A DNA stretch of 64,000 nucleotides, from contig JAFTMH010000004.1 in assembly GCA_017452445.1 (NCBI GenBank), positions 136,385 through 200,384 on the forward strand, given 5' to 3'. The notes under the pieces were generated by a model. That model did no database searches and was not told the origin of the DNA. It worked only from the letters and a program-made list of their open reading frames with translations. This document shows, piece by piece, positions 8,524 through 17,812 of this stretch. A program made the translations under genes and the position numbers. Source of the stretch: Clostridia bacterium (GTDB lineage: Bacteria > Bacillota > Clostridia > Christensenellales > UBA1242). Every line of letters starts with the position of its first letter. Position 1 is the stretch's first letter.

Positions 8524-11124
8524 TTATTTGCCAAGAAGTTGCGCCAAGAACTCTTTGTTTTTTGCAAGCTTTTCTTTTTCTGCTTCTACCAAAGCTGCTG
8601 GAGCTTTTGCAACAAAGCCAGCGTTTGAAAGCATCTTTTCACTTCTTGCAATTTCAAACTTAAGTTCTTCAATTTTCTTTTCAATTCTTTCTGTTTCTTG
8701 AGCTTCATCAACAAGGTCGCCCATTGGCAAATAGATGTTGCACAAAGAAGTAACAATTTTTGCAGATTTTTCTGCAGGTTCTGCTTTGACAAGTTGAACT
8801 TGATTGCCACCTGCAAGTTTTGCAATCACTTCCAAAGAAGATGCAAACAATTTTTCTTCTTCGTTTGCCAAAATGTTGATTGAAATCTTTTTGTTGTCAG
8901 GAATGTTATATTCGCTTCTTGTTGCACGAATTGCCTTTACAACATTGATAATGTTTTCAAACTTCAAATCTTTGAAAGTCAATTTGTCATCAACTTGAGG
9001 ATATGCTTCAAGCATGATTGTTTCGCCGTGTCCTGGAAGATTTTGATAAATTTCTTCAGTAACAAATGGAATGTATGGGTGGAACAACTTAAGCAAAGTA
9101 TTCAAAACATAGAGCAAAATGTTCTGTGTTTTTTCTTTGTTTTCTGCGTTGTCGCCGTACAAATCAATCTTGCTCACTTCAATATACCAGTCGCAGAACA
9201 CCCCAACAGTAAAGTCAATAAGGTTTGCAGAAGCAACACCCAAAGCATACTTGTCGATATTTTTTGCAGTTGACTTAACAAGTGCTTGCAATTTTGACAA
9301 CACCCATTTGTCTTTTTCGTCAAGTTTGAATGAAGAAAGAGGCTTGATGTTGATGTTTTCTGTGTTCAAAATAACAAACTTGCTTGCATTATACAACTTG
9401 TTGATAAAGATTTTGCTATCCTTCGCCTTTTCAACACAGTAACCAATGTCTTGACCCATTTGAGTTCCGTTAACCAAACTCAATCTCAAGCTGTCTGCGC
9501 CGTGTTCGTTGATAACATCGATAGGGTCAATGCCGTTTCCAAGGTTTTTAGACATCTTTCTTCCTTGAATGTCTCTAACGATTCCGTTGATAACAACTTC
9601 TTTAAATGGAAGTTGTTTTGTGAAGAACAAACCACTAAACACCATTCTAACAACCCAGAAAGTTATGATATCATAAGCAGTTATCAAAACATCTGTTGGA
9701 TAGAAGTAGTCATAAAGGTCGTTGTTTTCTGTGTTTGGCCAACCCAAAGTTGAGAAAGGCCAAAGGGCAGAACTAAACCATGTATCCAAAACATCAGCTT
9801 CTTGCTCCATATGGTTGCAACCACATTTTGGACAAACTGGATTTTCTTCTTCGTAAGCATCAACATGGCCACATTCTGGGCAAGTAAACACAGGAATACG
9901 GTGTCCAAGCCACAATTGACGAGAAATGCACCAATCTTGAATGTTGCAAAGCCAGTTGAGATACATTTTTTCGTATCTTTTTGGGATAAACTTCAACTTG
10001 CCTGTTCTTACTGCTTCAATTGCAGGTTCGGCAAGTTCTTTCATCTTAACCCACCATTGTTCTGAAACTCTAGGTTCTGTCATAGTTCCACAACGGCAGC
10101 AACAACCTACTTTATTTTTGTATGTTTCTGTCTTAACCAAAACGCCAAGTTTCTTCAACTCTTCTTCGATAGGTTTTCTAGCTTCAATTCTGTCCATGCC
10201 AACAAATTGACAAGCATTTTCATTAAGTTTTCCTTCATCATCAATGACAGTAACGATTGGCAAATTGTGACGAAGTCCCATATCATAGTCGTTTGGATCG
10301 TGAGCAGGAGTAATTTTTACAGCGCCTGTTCCAAAATCCATTTCGCAATAATCATCTGCAATAACAGGGATTGGTTTGTTTACGATTGGCAAAATAACAT
10401 TCTTGCCAATAATAGATTTATATCTCTTATCATTTGGGTTTACAGCAACAGCAGTGTCACCAAACATTGTTTCAGGTCTTGTTGTTGCAACAACGATAGC
10501 GCCCGAACCATCTTCATAAGGATAACGAATGTGCCACAATTTTGTTGTTTGTTCTTTATATTCATTTTCAATGTCTGAAATAGAACTCTTGCAGTGTGGG
10601 CAATAATTGATAACTCTCTTACCTTTGTAAATATAACCCTTTTTGTAATATTCAACAAAAGAATGCTTAACTGCTTTGTTGAGATTTTCGTCCATAGTAA
10701 AGGCTTTCTTGTCCCAATCACAAGAAATGCCAATCATTTTGAGTTGGTCGCAAATTGTGTCGCCATAAAGCTTATACCATTGCCAACCTCTTTCAATAAA
10801 CTTTTCTCTGCCAATTGCAGCCTTTGACAACCCTTCTGCCTCAAGAGCATTTACAACTTTTGCTTCTGTTGCGATTGCAGCATGGTCTGTGCCCGGTGTC
10901 CAAAGAGTTTCAAAACCGTTCATTCTTTTATAACGAACAACAATGTCTTGAATTGTGTTGTTGAGTGCGTGACCAACATGCGCCTTTCCTGTTACATTTG
11001 GTGGTGGCATACAAACGCTAAATTTCTTTTTGTTTTTGTCTGGTCTTGCAGCAAAATATTTCTTTTCAAGCCAAGTTTGATAAATCTTGCTTTCAAATTT
11101 CTGTGGTTGATAAGTTTTTTCCAT
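8524..11124 (-). CDS. valS: valine--tRNA ligase
   Basis: ORF trimmed to ATG 11124, preceded by a GGAG RBS. 866 aa. Class I motifs PNVTGKAHVGHAL (HIGH) and KMSKNLGN (KMSKS). C-terminal coiled coil. Confidence 0.95.
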   Translation of the reverse strand: MEKTYQPQKFESKIYQTWLEKKYFAARPDKNKKKFSVCMPPPNVTGKAHVGHALNNTIQDIVVRYKRMNGFETLWTPGTDHAAIATEAKVVNALEAEGLSKAAIGREKFIERGWQWYKLYGDTICDQLKMIGISCDWDKKAFTMDENLNKAVKHSFVEYYKKGYIYKGKRVINYCPHCKSSISDIENEYKEQTTKLWHIRYPYEDGSGAIVVATTRPETMFGDTAVAVNPNDKRYKSIIGKNVILPIVNKPIPVIADDYCEMDFGTGAVKITPAHDPNDYDMGLRHNLPIVTVIDDEGKLNENACQFVGMDRIEARKPIEEELKKLGVLVKTETYKNKVGCCCRCGTMTEPRVSEQWWVKMKELAEPAIEAVRTGKLKFIPKRYEKMYLNWLCNIQDWCISRQLWLGHRIPVFTCPECGHVDAYEEENPVCPKCGCNHMEQEADVLDTWFSSALWPFSTLGWPNTENNDLYDYFYPTDVLITAYDIITFWVVRMVFSGLFFTKQLPFKEVVINGIVRDIQGRKMSKNLGNGIDPIDVINEHGADSLRLSLVNGTQMGQDIGYCVEKAKDSKIFINKLYNASKFVILNTENINIKPLSSFKLDEKDKWVLSKLQALVKSTAKNIDKYALGVASANLIDFTVGVFCDWYIEVSKIDLYGDNAENKEKTQNILLYVLNTLLKLFHPYIPFVTEEIYQNLPGHGETIMLEAYPQVDDKLTFKDLKFENIINVVKAIRATRSEYNIPDNKKISINILANEEEKLFASSLEVIAKLAGGNQVQLVKAEPAEKSAKIVTSLCNIYLPMGDLVDEAQETERIEKKIEELKFEIARSEKMLSNAGFVAKAPAALVEAEKEKLAKNKEFLAQLLGK

Positions 11125-11263
11125 TTTTAGTCTCCTAGTCAATATGCTTATTTTACTACATTTAGCAAAATTTGCCAAGTGTTTCGTCATTAAAACACAA
11201 ATTTGTCCCCACAAATTAACACCAAACCCCTCTTTTGCATACAATTTTTTGTAAGGAGGAAAA

Positions 11264-12286
11264 ATGACTATTTGGAAAAAACTTGGCATACTAAGTATTG
11301 CTCTATTTATGGTGTTTTCTGGTTGCATGTTTACAACAGCATGTGGCAAAAAAGACAAAAACGTTATTGAATTAAATGAAGTGACGCACAGCATTTTCTA
11401 TGCACCACTTTATGTCGCAATCAACAACGGCTATTTTAAAGATGAAGGACTGACCGTAAATCTTACCAATGGTGGTGGATCAGACACTTCAATGAGTGCA
11501 TTGCTTACAGGTTCTGCCGACATTATACTCGCAGGTCCTGAAACTGTTGTTTACACACAACAAGAAGGCATCAAAGACAAACCTGTTGTGTTTGGCCAAC
11601 TTACACAATGCGATGGTTCGTTTATTGTTTCAAAAGAAGCAAAACCTGACTTCACCCTTGCAGATCTTGTTGGCGAAACAATCATCGGTGGCCGAAATGG
11701 TGGCTTGCCTGCAATGACTTTGCAATATATCATTCAATCAAACGGCTATCAAATCGGCACTGGTGCTGACAAGATAAATCTTCGCACTGATGTTGCATTC
11801 AATTTGACGGCCAGCGTTTGGGACGGAGATGCAAGCATCAAATATTGCACTTTGTTTGAGCCAACAGCAACCAATGTTGCAAATCAAAACAACGCTCACA
11901 TTGTCGCAAGCCTTGGTCAACTTTCAGGAAGCATTCCATACACCTGCTTTGCAACAAAACAAAGTTATCTGACCAACAACAAAACCCAAGCAGAAAAATT
12001 TTTAAAGGCCGTTGCAAGGGCTTATGATTTTATCACAACAAGCACACCTACAGCTGTCGCACAAGCTCTTTTGCCATCATTTGAAGGCAACAGTGTCGAA
12101 GAACTTGCCATAGCTGTTGAGCAATATCTTGCAATCAACGCTTGGAGCAGCGACATGATCTTGTCAGAAGAAAGTTTTGACAATCTTATGAATGTTATGC
12201 TCAATGCCGGAGTTATCACGCAAAAATCAACTTGGGCAAACATTGTCGACAATTCAATCGCACAATCTCTCAAAGAATCAGCATAA
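11264..12286 (+). CDS. ABC-transporter-type substrate-binding lipoprotein (NMT1/THI5 / SsuA-TauA-like)
   Basis: 340-aa ORF with an AAGGAGG RBS. Signal peptide with lipobox-like cysteines (FSGC / TTAC). Periplasmic-binding-fold pattern HSIFYAPLYVAINNGYFKDEGL. Confidence 0.7.
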   Translation: MTIWKKLGILSIALFMVFSGCMFTTACGKKDKNVIELNEVTHSIFYAPLYVAINNGYFKDEGLTVNLTNGGGSDTSMSALLTGSADIILAGPETVVYTQQEGIKDKPVVFGQLTQCDGSFIVSKEAKPDFTLADLVGETIIGGRNGGLPAMTLQYIIQSNGYQIGTGADKINLRTDVAFNLTASVWDGDASIKYCTLFEPTATNVANQNNAHIVASLGQLSGSIPYTCFATKQSYLTNNKTQAEKFLKAVARAYDFITTSTPTAVAQALLPSFEGNSVEELAIAVEQYLAINAWSSDMILSEESFDNLMNVMLNAGVITQKSTWANIVDNSIAQSLKESA

Positions 12287-12291
12287 CAAAC

Positions 12292-12321
12292 AAAAAAAGA
12301 CTTGCAAATCGCAAGTCTTTT
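12292..12321. terminator. bidirectional terminator between the SBP gene and the surface-protein gene
   Basis: A7, stem GACTTGC (12299-12305) / GCAAGTC (12311-12317), loop AAATC, T-run. Confidence 0.8.
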
Positions 12322-12325
12322 ATTT

Positions 12326-14710
12326 TTAGAAATACATGTTTTTGTAACTTTTCTTTGTTGCAGACACAGATTTTGTCTTGCCGTAGCTTCCACCACCGCC
12401 ACCTCTGCGTTTAAGCACAACAATCAAAATGATCACAATGGCAAGCACAAGTGCACCACCGCCACCACCAATTGCATACCACATCCAGCTTGGGTTTTTG
12501 TTTTCGATTTTTGTTGCTTGTGCCACAACTGTAAATGCTTCGGCATATTCGCCTTCAAGCAAAGTCATGTCAAGACTAAACAAATAATACCATTCGCCAG
12601 TTTCTGTTTGATACATATCTTTCAATTCACAGAAACCTTCTTCGCCTGTGTTTGTTTTGTTTGCAAGTTCTGCAATAAACATATCTGTATCAAATTCAAA
12701 GTTTTGTTCAACAAAAATTTCCAATCTCAATGTTGTTTCTGTTTTCGCAACAGGGACAGTAGTTTCTGTTTCTTCAACAATTGCGCTGTAGAACTGAATT
12801 CTTGAAACTCCTTCTGACAATGTAAAAGTCACCAAACAAGCATTGTCTTGATATTTTGCATAAACAACTGCATCATCAGTAAAGTTTTCTGTTCCAAAAT
12901 TGATTTCCAAAACTTCACTTGTTGAAAGTGCCACATCTTCACCATCAGCAGATTCGAGATACCAACCGATAAATGCGTTTGCAGGATGTGCTGGGTTGAT
13001 TTTTGTTTCAATTCTTTGAACATAACCATACTTAACACTTGAAATAGACAATCCTGTTGTTGTTGCATTTGTGCCATAATAATAAACATATCCTGGCTCT
13101 GCATTTTCAATAAGTTTGTCAGTTTCGTCATACAACTTTGTTTTTGCAACAATCTTAAATTCTTTTTCTCTTGTTGTGATGTTGTATTCGCCTGATGTCG
13201 CAAGGTTTACATTTTTTACAGTCACAGCAAAGCCTGCTTCTGTTGTGGCAATTGCATAGTTTGTAGATCCTGTCACTGAATAAGAAACATCTTCTCCTGA
13301 CACAATTGTGTTGATTGTCGCAACATCTACACCATTTCTTGTGATTTTGTCGAGTGTATAGAAGTGTGACATGTTGATTGAAAACTCACCATCAACAACA
13401 TCTTTAAATTCAAATTCCATTGTCACTCTGTCACCATAACGATATGCCGACTCGAGTGTTGTTTCAGATTTCAAAACGGCAGATTCCAAAAATGCACTTG
13501 AAAATGCAACAGGAAAACTTCCATAAAAACTTTGAAGATTGATCATTGAAGCACTTGAATACCATGTTTCAGCAAAGTCCCACGCCCCATAACGAGAATG
13601 CCAAACTTGATTTGAAAAGTATGTTGGCACGGTTTTGCCTGTTTCGGTTGTCAAGTTGTTGAGTTCGTATGTGCTTGGCGCAATATGGTCATATGCTGCT
13701 TGATCATTGTATTGATAACTGCCCATAGTCCCAAATCTTGAAGTCAATGATGCAGAATCTTTGTAGTGTATGTATGCAATTGCTCCTGCTGAAGGTGCTG
13801 GGTTTGAAATCGCTCCTGCAATTTGTCCAAAGTTGGCTGTTGACATAGAGTTGTTTGCTGTTGTCATTGTGTTTTGCATTGCAACATTGACAACTTCACT
13901 TCCACCTTGTGTGATTGTGCCAGCAAATCCACCACAGTTGATTTTGCCTACAAATGTGTTTGCTGCAGAAACATTGATTGGTGCAGAGCAAACCAAAAAT
14001 CTTGCAGAAGAGTTGTCAAAAGTGCCAAACATTCCGCCGATTTCATAAATATTGTTGTTGTCGCCTGACAAGGCAATTGCGCTCATATTTGCAGTTCTAC
14101 AAATCACATAGTTTGCGTTTCCACTAACAAACAAACCTGCCACCAAACCAAACTTCAAGTTGCAATCATAGTTTGATGTAAAAGAAATTTGTGATGGTGT
14201 AATTTGAAGATTTTTAATCGTTGTGTCGCTTGCATGAGCAACAACCCCACCTACATAAGCATTCAAACAATTGTTGATTGTGTAAACCACTTTTCCTGTG
14301 ATTGCAAGGTTTGCAATTGTTGCGCCTCTTGTCACACCAAAAAGACCAAAATATTTTGCATCAGATGCTTCTGCACCTGATCCAATTTTAAAGTTTGAAA
14401 TGGCATAACCCTTTCCATCAAACGAGCCAGCAAAAGGATGTTCTGCTGTACCGATAACGCCGTCCAATGTTTGATCAACCATATCGATATTTCCGCCAAG
14501 CACAATATTGTCTGTTGTGTGTGAAGCGTCATAGTTGTAAATATAGTTGTTGACATCTTCTGCAGTTGAAAGTGTCCACACTGTTGGAGCAGCCTCTTCG
14601 GCCTTTGCTGAAGGTGCAACATTAAAAACAAAACCACCCAAAATTGCGGTGATTGAAAAAGCAATCAAAACTAAAGCATAACTAAAAAATTTCTTCATAC
14701 TTTTCTTCAT
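12326..14710 (-). CDS. large cell-surface protein with GLUG-like and Listeria/Bacteroides-type repeats, C-terminal TM anchor
   Basis: 794-aa ORF. Signal peptide ending AKAEE. N-terminal parallel-beta-like repeats with GLFG/GGVV motifs (YFGLFGVTRGATIANL, YVGGVVAHA). NAFIGWYLE repeat motif. C-terminal GGGGGALVLAIVIILIVVLKRRGGGGG anchor. Start could be Met1 (14710) or Met5 (14698). Confidence 0.8.
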   Translation of the reverse strand: MKKSMKKFFSYALVLIAFSITAILGGFVFNVAPSAKAEEAAPTVWTLSTAEDVNNYIYNYDASHTTDNIVLGGNIDMVDQTLDGVIGTAEHPFAGSFDGKGYAISNFKIGSGAEASDAKYFGLFGVTRGATIANLAITGKVVYTINNCLNAYVGGVVAHASDTTIKNLQITPSQISFTSNYDCNLKFGLVAGLFVSGNANYVICRTANMSAIALSGDNNNIYEIGGMFGTFDNSSARFLVCSAPINVSAANTFVGKINCGGFAGTITQGGSEVVNVAMQNTMTTANNSMSTANFGQIAGAISNPAPSAGAIAYIHYKDSASLTSRFGTMGSYQYNDQAAYDHIAPSTYELNNLTTETGKTVPTYFSNQVWHSRYGAWDFAETWYSSASMINLQSFYGSFPVAFSSAFLESAVLKSETTLESAYRYGDRVTMEFEFKDVVDGEFSINMSHFYTLDKITRNGVDVATINTIVSGEDVSYSVTGSTNYAIATTEAGFAVTVKNVNLATSGEYNITTREKEFKIVAKTKLYDETDKLIENAEPGYVYYYGTNATTTGLSISSVKYGYVQRIETKINPAHPANAFIGWYLESADGEDVALSTSEVLEINFGTENFTDDAVVYAKYQDNACLVTFTLSEGVSRIQFYSAIVEETETTVPVAKTETTLRLEIFVEQNFEFDTDMFIAELANKTNTGEEGFCELKDMYQTETGEWYYLFSLDMTLLEGEYAEAFTVVAQATKIENKNPSWMWYAIGGGGGALVLAIVIILIVVLKRRGGGGGSYGKTKSVSATKKSYKNMYF

Positions 14711-14801
14711 ACAAATAATTTAACATATTTATATTTAATTTTCCAAATATATTAACAAATTATCAAAAAAATATTGAAAAAATATCAAAATTATTAATTA
14801 A

Positions 14802-16226
14802 TTAATAAAAATGATAATTATTTTTTAATTTTTTTATCATTTTTTCCTTGTCAATTTGAATTTCATTTTTTTTATTTTTTTCTTTATTGAGAGGTCTTTT
14901 CATCAGATAATATCGCAGTTCGTCAAGTGCATGATCATCTTTTTTTATTGGATTTTCACCACTCCCCCACCAATAAGATTTGATTTCTCTAATTAAATTG
15001 ACACAATTTTTAAAAATAAACAATCTTCTTCGCCCATCTGCCGATTTTAGATAAGATTTTACCACTGATATTCCCGAAAACAAATCCTTGTTTACATTGC
15101 AATCTGCAACGATTCCATTTTCATAAAACAATTCTACAACATTTTTCTCACTTGCCAAAGTCCTTTGCGATGCTGCAGAGTCAATAATCGCCCTCAACTG
15201 CCCACGATTGTCCGTCTTCCAACCCAAACCAGATGCAATCTCTTTGATTTTGCTTGCATGATATTGCACTGTCTGTTGCGCTTGATAATGCTCTGCCACG
15301 ACATAAACATTTCCGTCAAAATCAACTGCATAAAAATGAGCAGACAGTGGGTTGTGAAGCCCAGGGTCAATCGAAATGCAATCTTGCCATTCTTTGGGCA
15401 CAACAAACGGATCAATCACATTTTCATTTTCATCAAATTCGGTATAAACCATGCCACCATTTTGCATAAACTTGCCATAACGCCTGCTTTCCAACTCATC
15501 AGCAGACAAACTTTGTGTCATTTTTGCAATTTCTTTTTTGGATAAAAACGGATTGTCTGCCCACTCCATTGTTTCATACCAAACATCTTTATCATTTTTG
15601 TCATTTAGATAAATAGTGTTGTAAACCCAAGTCAAACCTTTGAGTGGTGTCATAGTGCCAAAAATTTCGCCACACCTGTCCAAAACTCTCATTTTGCACT
15701 CGTTGTAAATGTCAAAAGGCGGTTCTTCGTCAAACCAAACATAATCAAGCGAAGCTCCTTGAAACTTGTCTCTGCCTTGGTCGCAACTTTTAAATCCTAT
15801 TCGACTCAGTCCACCTGCATCTGATTTGACCAAAATAAAATCAATAATTCCATTTTCGGCACTCTCCTGTCCACCACTCACCATAACAATCTTTTCAATG
15901 TAAGATTGAGGCAAATAATGCAATATCTTTCGTTGTGCAACATCTCTTTGCACCTGTCTAGACAAACTGACCACCCAACCTTCTGTTGGTTTGTTTTTCT
16001 TGTAAGGGTGCACTCCACAAGCCAGATACACCGTTTCAACTGCCCCACATTCTGTTTTGCCCGAACGATTTCCGCCAAACACCCAACGATTTCGCTTTTT
16101 GCACTTGTGAAAAGCAACCTGCTTTTTGTGAACTTTGCCTTTTTTGTTGTAAAAATTCAACATGTTTTGATTGTATCTGTTTTCGATTTCCTTTTCAACC
16201 TTCAAAATATCCCTTACAATTTCCAT
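14802..16226 (-). CDS. phage terminase large subunit (TerL), apparently intact, orphan
   Basis: 474-aa ORF with a GGAGAAGG RBS. Walker A GGNRSGKTE and Walker B LDYVWFDEEP. C-terminal RNase-H-like nuclease acidic motifs CISIDPG, AIIDSAA and DDHALDELRY. Confidence 0.8.
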   Translation of the reverse strand: MEIVRDILKVEKEIENRYNQNMLNFYNKKGKVHKKQVAFHKCKKRNRWVFGGNRSGKTECGAVETVYLACGVHPYKKNKPTEGWVVSLSRQVQRDVAQRKILHYLPQSYIEKIVMVSGGQESAENGIIDFILVKSDAGGLSRIGFKSCDQGRDKFQGASLDYVWFDEEPPFDIYNECKMRVLDRCGEIFGTMTPLKGLTWVYNTIYLNDKNDKDVWYETMEWADNPFLSKKEIAKMTQSLSADELESRRYGKFMQNGGMVYTEFDENENVIDPFVVPKEWQDCISIDPGLHNPLSAHFYAVDFDGNVYVVAEHYQAQQTVQYHASKIKEIASGLGWKTDNRGQLRAIIDSAASQRTLASEKNVVELFYENGIVADCNVNKDLFSGISVVKSYLKSADGRRRLFIFKNCVNLIREIKSYWWGSGENPIKKDDHALDELRYYLMKRPLNKEKNKKNEIQIDKEKMIKKLKNNYHFY

Positions 16227-16320
16227 TTGCCTTCTCCATAATACAAAAACAACCCAAATCGACCATAAACAGACAAAAATCTTTTATCAAAGCAGGATTG
16301 TTTGCGTGTAAACTTTTTGT

Positions 16321-17094
16321 ATGAAAAAATTTGTTTTGATTTTAACTTTAATTTCGTGTTTGTGCCCTCATACAACACATTTTGCAAATGCAAAAAACTC
16401 TTTTTATGCCAAGATTGAAAGTGGCGAAGTTTATTTCTATTCTGCCCCACTTTCAAACTCCGAAGTTTTTGAAATCCCAAAATCTTATTTTGTTTGCATA
16501 AATGCTGATGCAAATGACTTTTGGCAAGCAACTTACAAAAACCAAACCGGCTATGTAAAAAAAGAGCAGGTTTCCCTTATGAACGGAAACCCGCAAAATC
16601 CTTATGCTACTTCAACTTTCAAAGTTTTTGTAAATTTTTCGCTATATGAAGCACCCAACCAAACCAGTTCAATCAAAACCAATGTCAACCCAAATCAATC
16701 TTTGACCTATTACGGCAAACGGACAGGCCAAGCACTTTCAAGCGTAAACAATGTTTGGTATTATTGTTCGCTTTATGAAAATGGGCACGAGGTTTTTGGT
16801 TATATTTACTCTGGTGTGGTCGATCAACTTTCGCCAATTGCAACAAACTACGAAACATTTACCCGTGTTGAAGAGGCAAATCTCTCTCAAAATCAATCAA
16901 ACAACTATTCTTCACTGTCAACCAAAACAAAAATTATGCTTGTCGTTGCCATAAGTGTGCCAAGTGCAATGATTTTGTATTTTTTAATCAAACCTTCACG
17001 CCTTAACTCCTCTCACAAACGCAAAAGATCAAAGGTTTTGCAACGCAAATCACGCCATTCGGACTATTACGAATTTGATGAGCATGACCTATAA
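16321..17094 (+). CDS. SH3b-like repeat membrane protein
   Basis: 257-aa ORF. Signal peptide, two SH3b-like modules (...WQATYKNQTGYVKKEQV; ...EVFGYIYSGVV), a TM helix, and a basic tail HKRKRSKVLQRKSRH. No clear RBS. Confidence 0.7.
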   Translation: MKKFVLILTLISCLCPHTTHFANAKNSFYAKIESGEVYFYSAPLSNSEVFEIPKSYFVCINADANDFWQATYKNQTGYVKKEQVSLMNGNPQNPYATSTFKVFVNFSLYEAPNQTSSIKTNVNPNQSLTYYGKRTGQALSSVNNVWYYCSLYENGHEVFGYIYSGVVDQLSPIATNYETFTRVEEANLSQNQSNNYSSLSTKTKIMLVVAISVPSAMILYFLIKPSRLNSSHKRKRSKVLQRKSRHSDYYEFDEHDL

Positions 17095-17622
17095 TCACAT
17101 TGATGCTGCTTTTTCTAAAAAGATGCTTGAAAGCGAAAATTCTTCCGTCCCCTTTTGGCAATATCTGTCGTAAACACTTTTTATCCATGCCTCGTCTTTA
17201 AGCATCTTTGCAAGTGTAAAAGCATTGTAACCTTTGCAAACAAGCTTCTTTGCAAAACTCTGCTCGGCGCTTTCAATCCTTCTAAACACAGTGCGCAAAC
17301 TTATGTTGCACTTGTCGGCAATCTCTCTTCTTTTTATCCCATCACAATAAACTAAAATCAGCATTTTAGCATCTTTTTCGTCCAATTTTTTCAAAATTTC
17401 TTCTGTCAAAATTTTAAGGTTGATAAGACTTACCTTTCTCTCTGACAAATCAATCAATTTTTGCGAAATTGCGAGTGCATTATTGTTGTGGAAGTTTGAT
17501 CCCAAAATGTTTCCACTTGCCAAAGCACTTTGCATGCATATCCTGTCAATCGCATTGCACACTCTCTCCAAATATCTATAAACCGAAAGGATTGTTTTTG
17601 TCCATAAAATTTGATTGTCCAT
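17095..17622 (-). CDS. sigma-70 region-4-like HTH regulator (ArpU/RinA-like class, tentative)
   Basis: ORF trimmed to ATG 17622, with GGGGG 8 nt upstream. 175 aa. HTH segment LVYCDGIKRREIADKCNISLRTVFRRIESAEQSF. The stop codon abuts the stop of the convergent SH3 gene with 0 nt between. Confidence 0.6.
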   Translation of the reverse strand: MDNQILWTKTILSVYRYLERVCNAIDRICMQSALASGNILGSNFHNNNALAISQKLIDLSERKVSLINLKILTEEILKKLDEKDAKMLILVYCDGIKRREIADKCNISLRTVFRRIESAEQSFAKKLVCKGYNAFTLAKMLKDEAWIKSVYDRYCQKGTEEFSLSSIFLEKAASM

Positions 17623-17782
17623 AAATATTGCCCCCATCAAATTGATTTCAAGCACGATTATAAAAACAAACTTTTTTAAAAGCAATTTTTTATGTCAAAA
17701 TTTTGGTCATTTTTCACAATATTTTACAAAAATCACTTTTATCAATATCATTTCAACATCAAAAAGACACACATAAACAAAC

Positions 17783-17807
17783 AAAAAAAGGACACCTTCG
17801 TGTCCTT
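17783..17807 (-). terminator. rho-independent terminator of the rarA operon
   Basis: Stem AAGGACAC (17788-17795) / GTGTCCTT (17800-17807), loop CTTC, with a T-run on the minus strand. Confidence 0.8.
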
Positions 17808-17812
17808 AGTTT

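Noticed and set aside
11125-11394. N-terminal 90-codon extension of the valS ORF, and a possible T-box leader upstream of valS
   Set aside because: The extension lacks ValRS homology and overlaps the divergent SBP gene start, whereas ATG 11124 has a GGAG RBS. Only about 139 bp separate the two start codons, and I see no specifier-loop/T-box (AATTAGGGTGGTACCGCG-like) sequence. I therefore call no T-box riboswitch.
14711-17685. Calling this region a prophage or mobile element
   Set aside because: Only terL and a possible late-activator-like regulator are phage-like. No integrase, att-like direct repeats, portal, capsid, tail or lysis genes are present. It is reported as an orphan module under findings rather than as a mobile_element feature.
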